Part shown: piece after piece, positions 60,967-64,000 of the stretch
How the letters are laid out: the number at the start of each line of letters is the position of its first letter
How positions within the stretch are numbered: position 1 is the stretch's first letter
Source of the DNA: Lama glama
Taxonomy: Eukaryota
NCBI GenBank assembly: GCA_028534125.1
Contig: CM052818.1
Location: 11,658,001-11,722,000 of the forward strand
DNA length: 64,000 nucleotides
Direction: 5' to 3'
Notes under the pieces: generated by a model
Databases searched by the model: none
What the model was told of the DNA's origin: nothing
What the model saw: the letters and a program-made list of their open reading frames with translations, nothing else
Made by a program: the position numbers and the translations under genes

Positions 60967-63900
60967 CCTATCTTCTACCTCTATTCTACTGGAGCCTTTG
61001 AAAATTCCAGTCTTTAATGACCAAGTGCCCTAAGTTTTCCCTGAGTGTCCCTTGCATTGTCCCTGTGCTGATCCAATTCTGGCTCTCTCTGGCAAGGCCA
61101 CATAGCTCAAAAACCTAAAAAGTAAGTCAGAGTCTCAAAAGGGGGCAGCCCTAGAAGAAAAGGTTATTAGAAAATTACTTGGGGTGAAGTGGGAAAAGTA
61201 TCAGTTTTCCATTTTGGTATAGGAGCCCTTTGTTGTTTTCATAGGATGCCAGTATTCCAACAAATACAAGACACGCCATGACTTAACTTTTGAAAGAGCA
61301 GGCAAGTTTCTCAGGGAAAGTACAACCAAAGAGTCAATTTCTGTAAATTAAATGTTTATGATCAGACCTCAGATGCCTTAGTCAAAGTATTTTTTGAGAT
61401 ATACATCTATAGTTACTTAATACATGTTTGCAGGTTTATATTACTAAATTATTTTATAATTGTATATAGAATATTCTGAAAGCTAGGGATTTCTCCTAAA
61501 ACAGATAATTTTAGAATCTTTAAGGCCATATATCACAAAATCAGGAACCCCACATAAGAATCATATTTAAACATATCTATTTCATCATAAAAAGAAAGGT
61601 TAAAAAAGAAAAAGGAAAAAGAAACTTTTAAATATACCACATTACACAAAATCTTATTCTGATAGAGATCATTTTAGTTAGTAGTCTAGCAAAAAATCTC
61701 CTCCCTTTCCCACCTAACTGCATCTCAATCTTTCCTCTAGTTACCAAAAAGAACTCCCTTTGGCCACACGTTCCACTCATCAGCAATAGTTTGGACGTGC
61801 TCTTAGGCATTAATCTATCCTTAATATTTCTGTGTTTCAAAGAAGCCCGAAGAATACAGTTGAATCATGAGTGATAATTTAAACGGTGCATGTAAATTGT
61901 CATGAAGAAATGAAGAGAAAATTGTGTCAAATGTTCACATTATAATAAAAAGAAAAAAAAGAAAGAAAAGAATGGTTTCCAATGCCTACTGACTTCTCAA
62001 AAAATATTCCATCCCACTAGATTGAACTGTGACGATGTCACCAGTGCTTGTGAAAACACTTAAAGCAGAGAAACTATGCCATCCAGCACTTGAAAATAGA
62101 TAAATACACTCTTTTGAGGAATATCATGAGCATTTTTTAAGGACCCGTTTTGGCAAAATCTACTACAAGCTATGGTACTGGCAGAGACACATCTGTATTC
62201 ATTTCTGTGTTCACTGTAAACCGTAGAATTTTGCCCAGTCGCCGTCTCTTGAAACAGCCTCACGACTATAGACAATTTTCACCATGAAAGTAAGAGCTGG
62301 ACGGTAACATTGTCAGCTGAGCACAGACAGGTTTAAACAAACTTGATACAGCGTTTACTTCTTTAAACAGGTCTTCCTCTTTTTTTACTTCATTATTCGC
62401 TTTCATCTACAGCAGACTCCACTTTTCTCTTCTGTATAAGCCTCTACATTTTAAAACATGTATCAGTGAAAAGAATTTAGTCATTTAAGTGCTTTGAACA
62501 GCACAACCTAAGGGGAATTATAACAACAGATTTAGTTAATTGAAATTTTTCTTATATCTCTTTTAAAACTTGTTTTATCTCACTAATACTAGTCATGACA
62601 TGAAAACCTGTTCAACAAATAGCCACTTTTCAATAAGCTGTTTTTATCTTACAGGTGCACCCATTTAACATTTAAAAGTTCGAGAAGGAAGAGCAAAAGA
62701 ATAAAAATGGAACAAGAAAGAGAGCAAGGTAAAGATGAAAAGATTGGTTATTGTGGCATTTTAATTCAGTTCTTCCTAACTGTAAGCAAAACAGAGACAA
62801 AATTATTTCAATTCTCTGTTCTTTTCTAGACAGAGCCTCTCTTTGGTTTGTTTTAATTTTGGTTTTTTTTATGTTACGTTTCGATTGCAGTTCACATTTC
62901 AGGGCCACCAACAGGCACCATGTTTTTCTCTAGAAGTTTTGAATGAGTTTTCTGTGTGTGGTATTTTATTATAATTTTTAAATATTTGTCCTTTGTTAAG
63001 TCCAGCTTTCTCTTAGAGGGTTCTGGAATCAGAGGATCCGAAAGACACATGGCAGTTTGTCACAAGACAGTGTCCTCATCGATCAGGCCACTGTCACCAT
63101 TTGATAGTTATCCTGCACACACAGGAAGCTGAAAAGCAGAACTCGCTCGAATGAAGAGGCAACTCTATTCTTTTCAAAATGACCAGAGTTGTCCTCTTGT
63201 GAATTCAACTTCACGAATTACACAGATAAGTTTGACGTGGTCTCCAAATGGAAAGTGTTGCAGCTCTAAAACTGTTTTTCACATGATACACATAAAAAAC
63301 TAACTCTTAAATGCTTTTGAGCCCTGTTCTCAGTTTCTTCAAACGCGCTCTCCCTTGAAAACTCAGGATTCTTTCATTTGGTACCTCTGAAAACCAAAGT
63401 AATCATAAGGTTTATTTTTTATGGTTTGCCTATTTTGAGAAAAAATGTTAAATAAATCATTCCTACATGAAAAATGATTACCAGCATGTAAAGTGGAACG
63501 CAGAATTACCTTAGATATATTATGCACAGTGCTTTTCAGGACGGCAGCTAATTTCCAGCAGAAAGGTCATGCAAAAAAATAATGTGATTAGAAGAGGTTG
63601 AAGGAAAAAAATAGCCACATATTTGGACATAGACCAAATTCCCTTTTTGCCACTGTAACTGAAAACCATTGCTTCAATATTTAATGAAACGCTTATGCTG
63701 CAGCACCTGGTCACATTGTCAGCACTGCCTAACCACTGCCTCCCCCGTGGGTCATTACTGCAGCCATCTGAAAGGGGGCAAACTGTTCATCGACGACAAT
63801 AATGCCAGTCTTTAAGAATCTACAGCTACAAAACAGCAGGAGACAGAGTTACTTTGGCTTTGATCTTGGAAAAAATGGCTGGGGGCAAAACGCTGTTTCC

Positions 63901-63974
63901 TACCATCAGAGACTCTACAGTTAGCAATAATTCTGTAAGTCAAAGCCATTCACAGGACTCAACTTGGCTGCCAG

Positions 63975-64000
63975 GCTTTGCTTTCTCTCTCCCCTTGCAG
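63975..64000 (+). other. Strong 3' splice-site-like motif at the window edge
   Basis: 'ctttgctttctctctccccttgcag': a near-continuous polypyrimidine tract ending in CAG at position 64000. Confidence 0.4.

Overview
AT-rich placental-mammal genomic DNA, intronic or intergenic in character. I recognise no protein-coding gene, RNA gene, CRISPR array or prokaryote-type system. The supplied ORFs look like chance or simple-repeat ORFs. The window is dominated by ancient pan-eutherian repeats (MIR, L2, MER5, MER58B x2, MER63B, MLT1 LTRs, an ERV1-type solo LTR, old L1 3' ends) and microsatellites, and I see no young lineage-specific SINEs. The most notable signals are: (1) a CpG-rich, ETS-motif-bearing, promoter-like patch at ~40.15-40.56 kb next to the solo LTR, with two well-formed candidate minus-strand exons downstream (27055-26844 and 6678-6538) that could form an unannotated transcript; (2) patches of AT->GC-shifted sequence, clearest when the two MER58B copies are compared, suggesting GC-biased gene conversion scars; (3) recent tandem duplications (112 bp, 70 bp); (4) a cluster of palindromes at ~54.25 kb and a hairpin at ~57.75 kb; (5) several enhancer-like motif clusters. 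Repeat family names come from remembered consensus sequences and repeat boundaries are approximate. I found no convincing evidence of a new multi-gene system.
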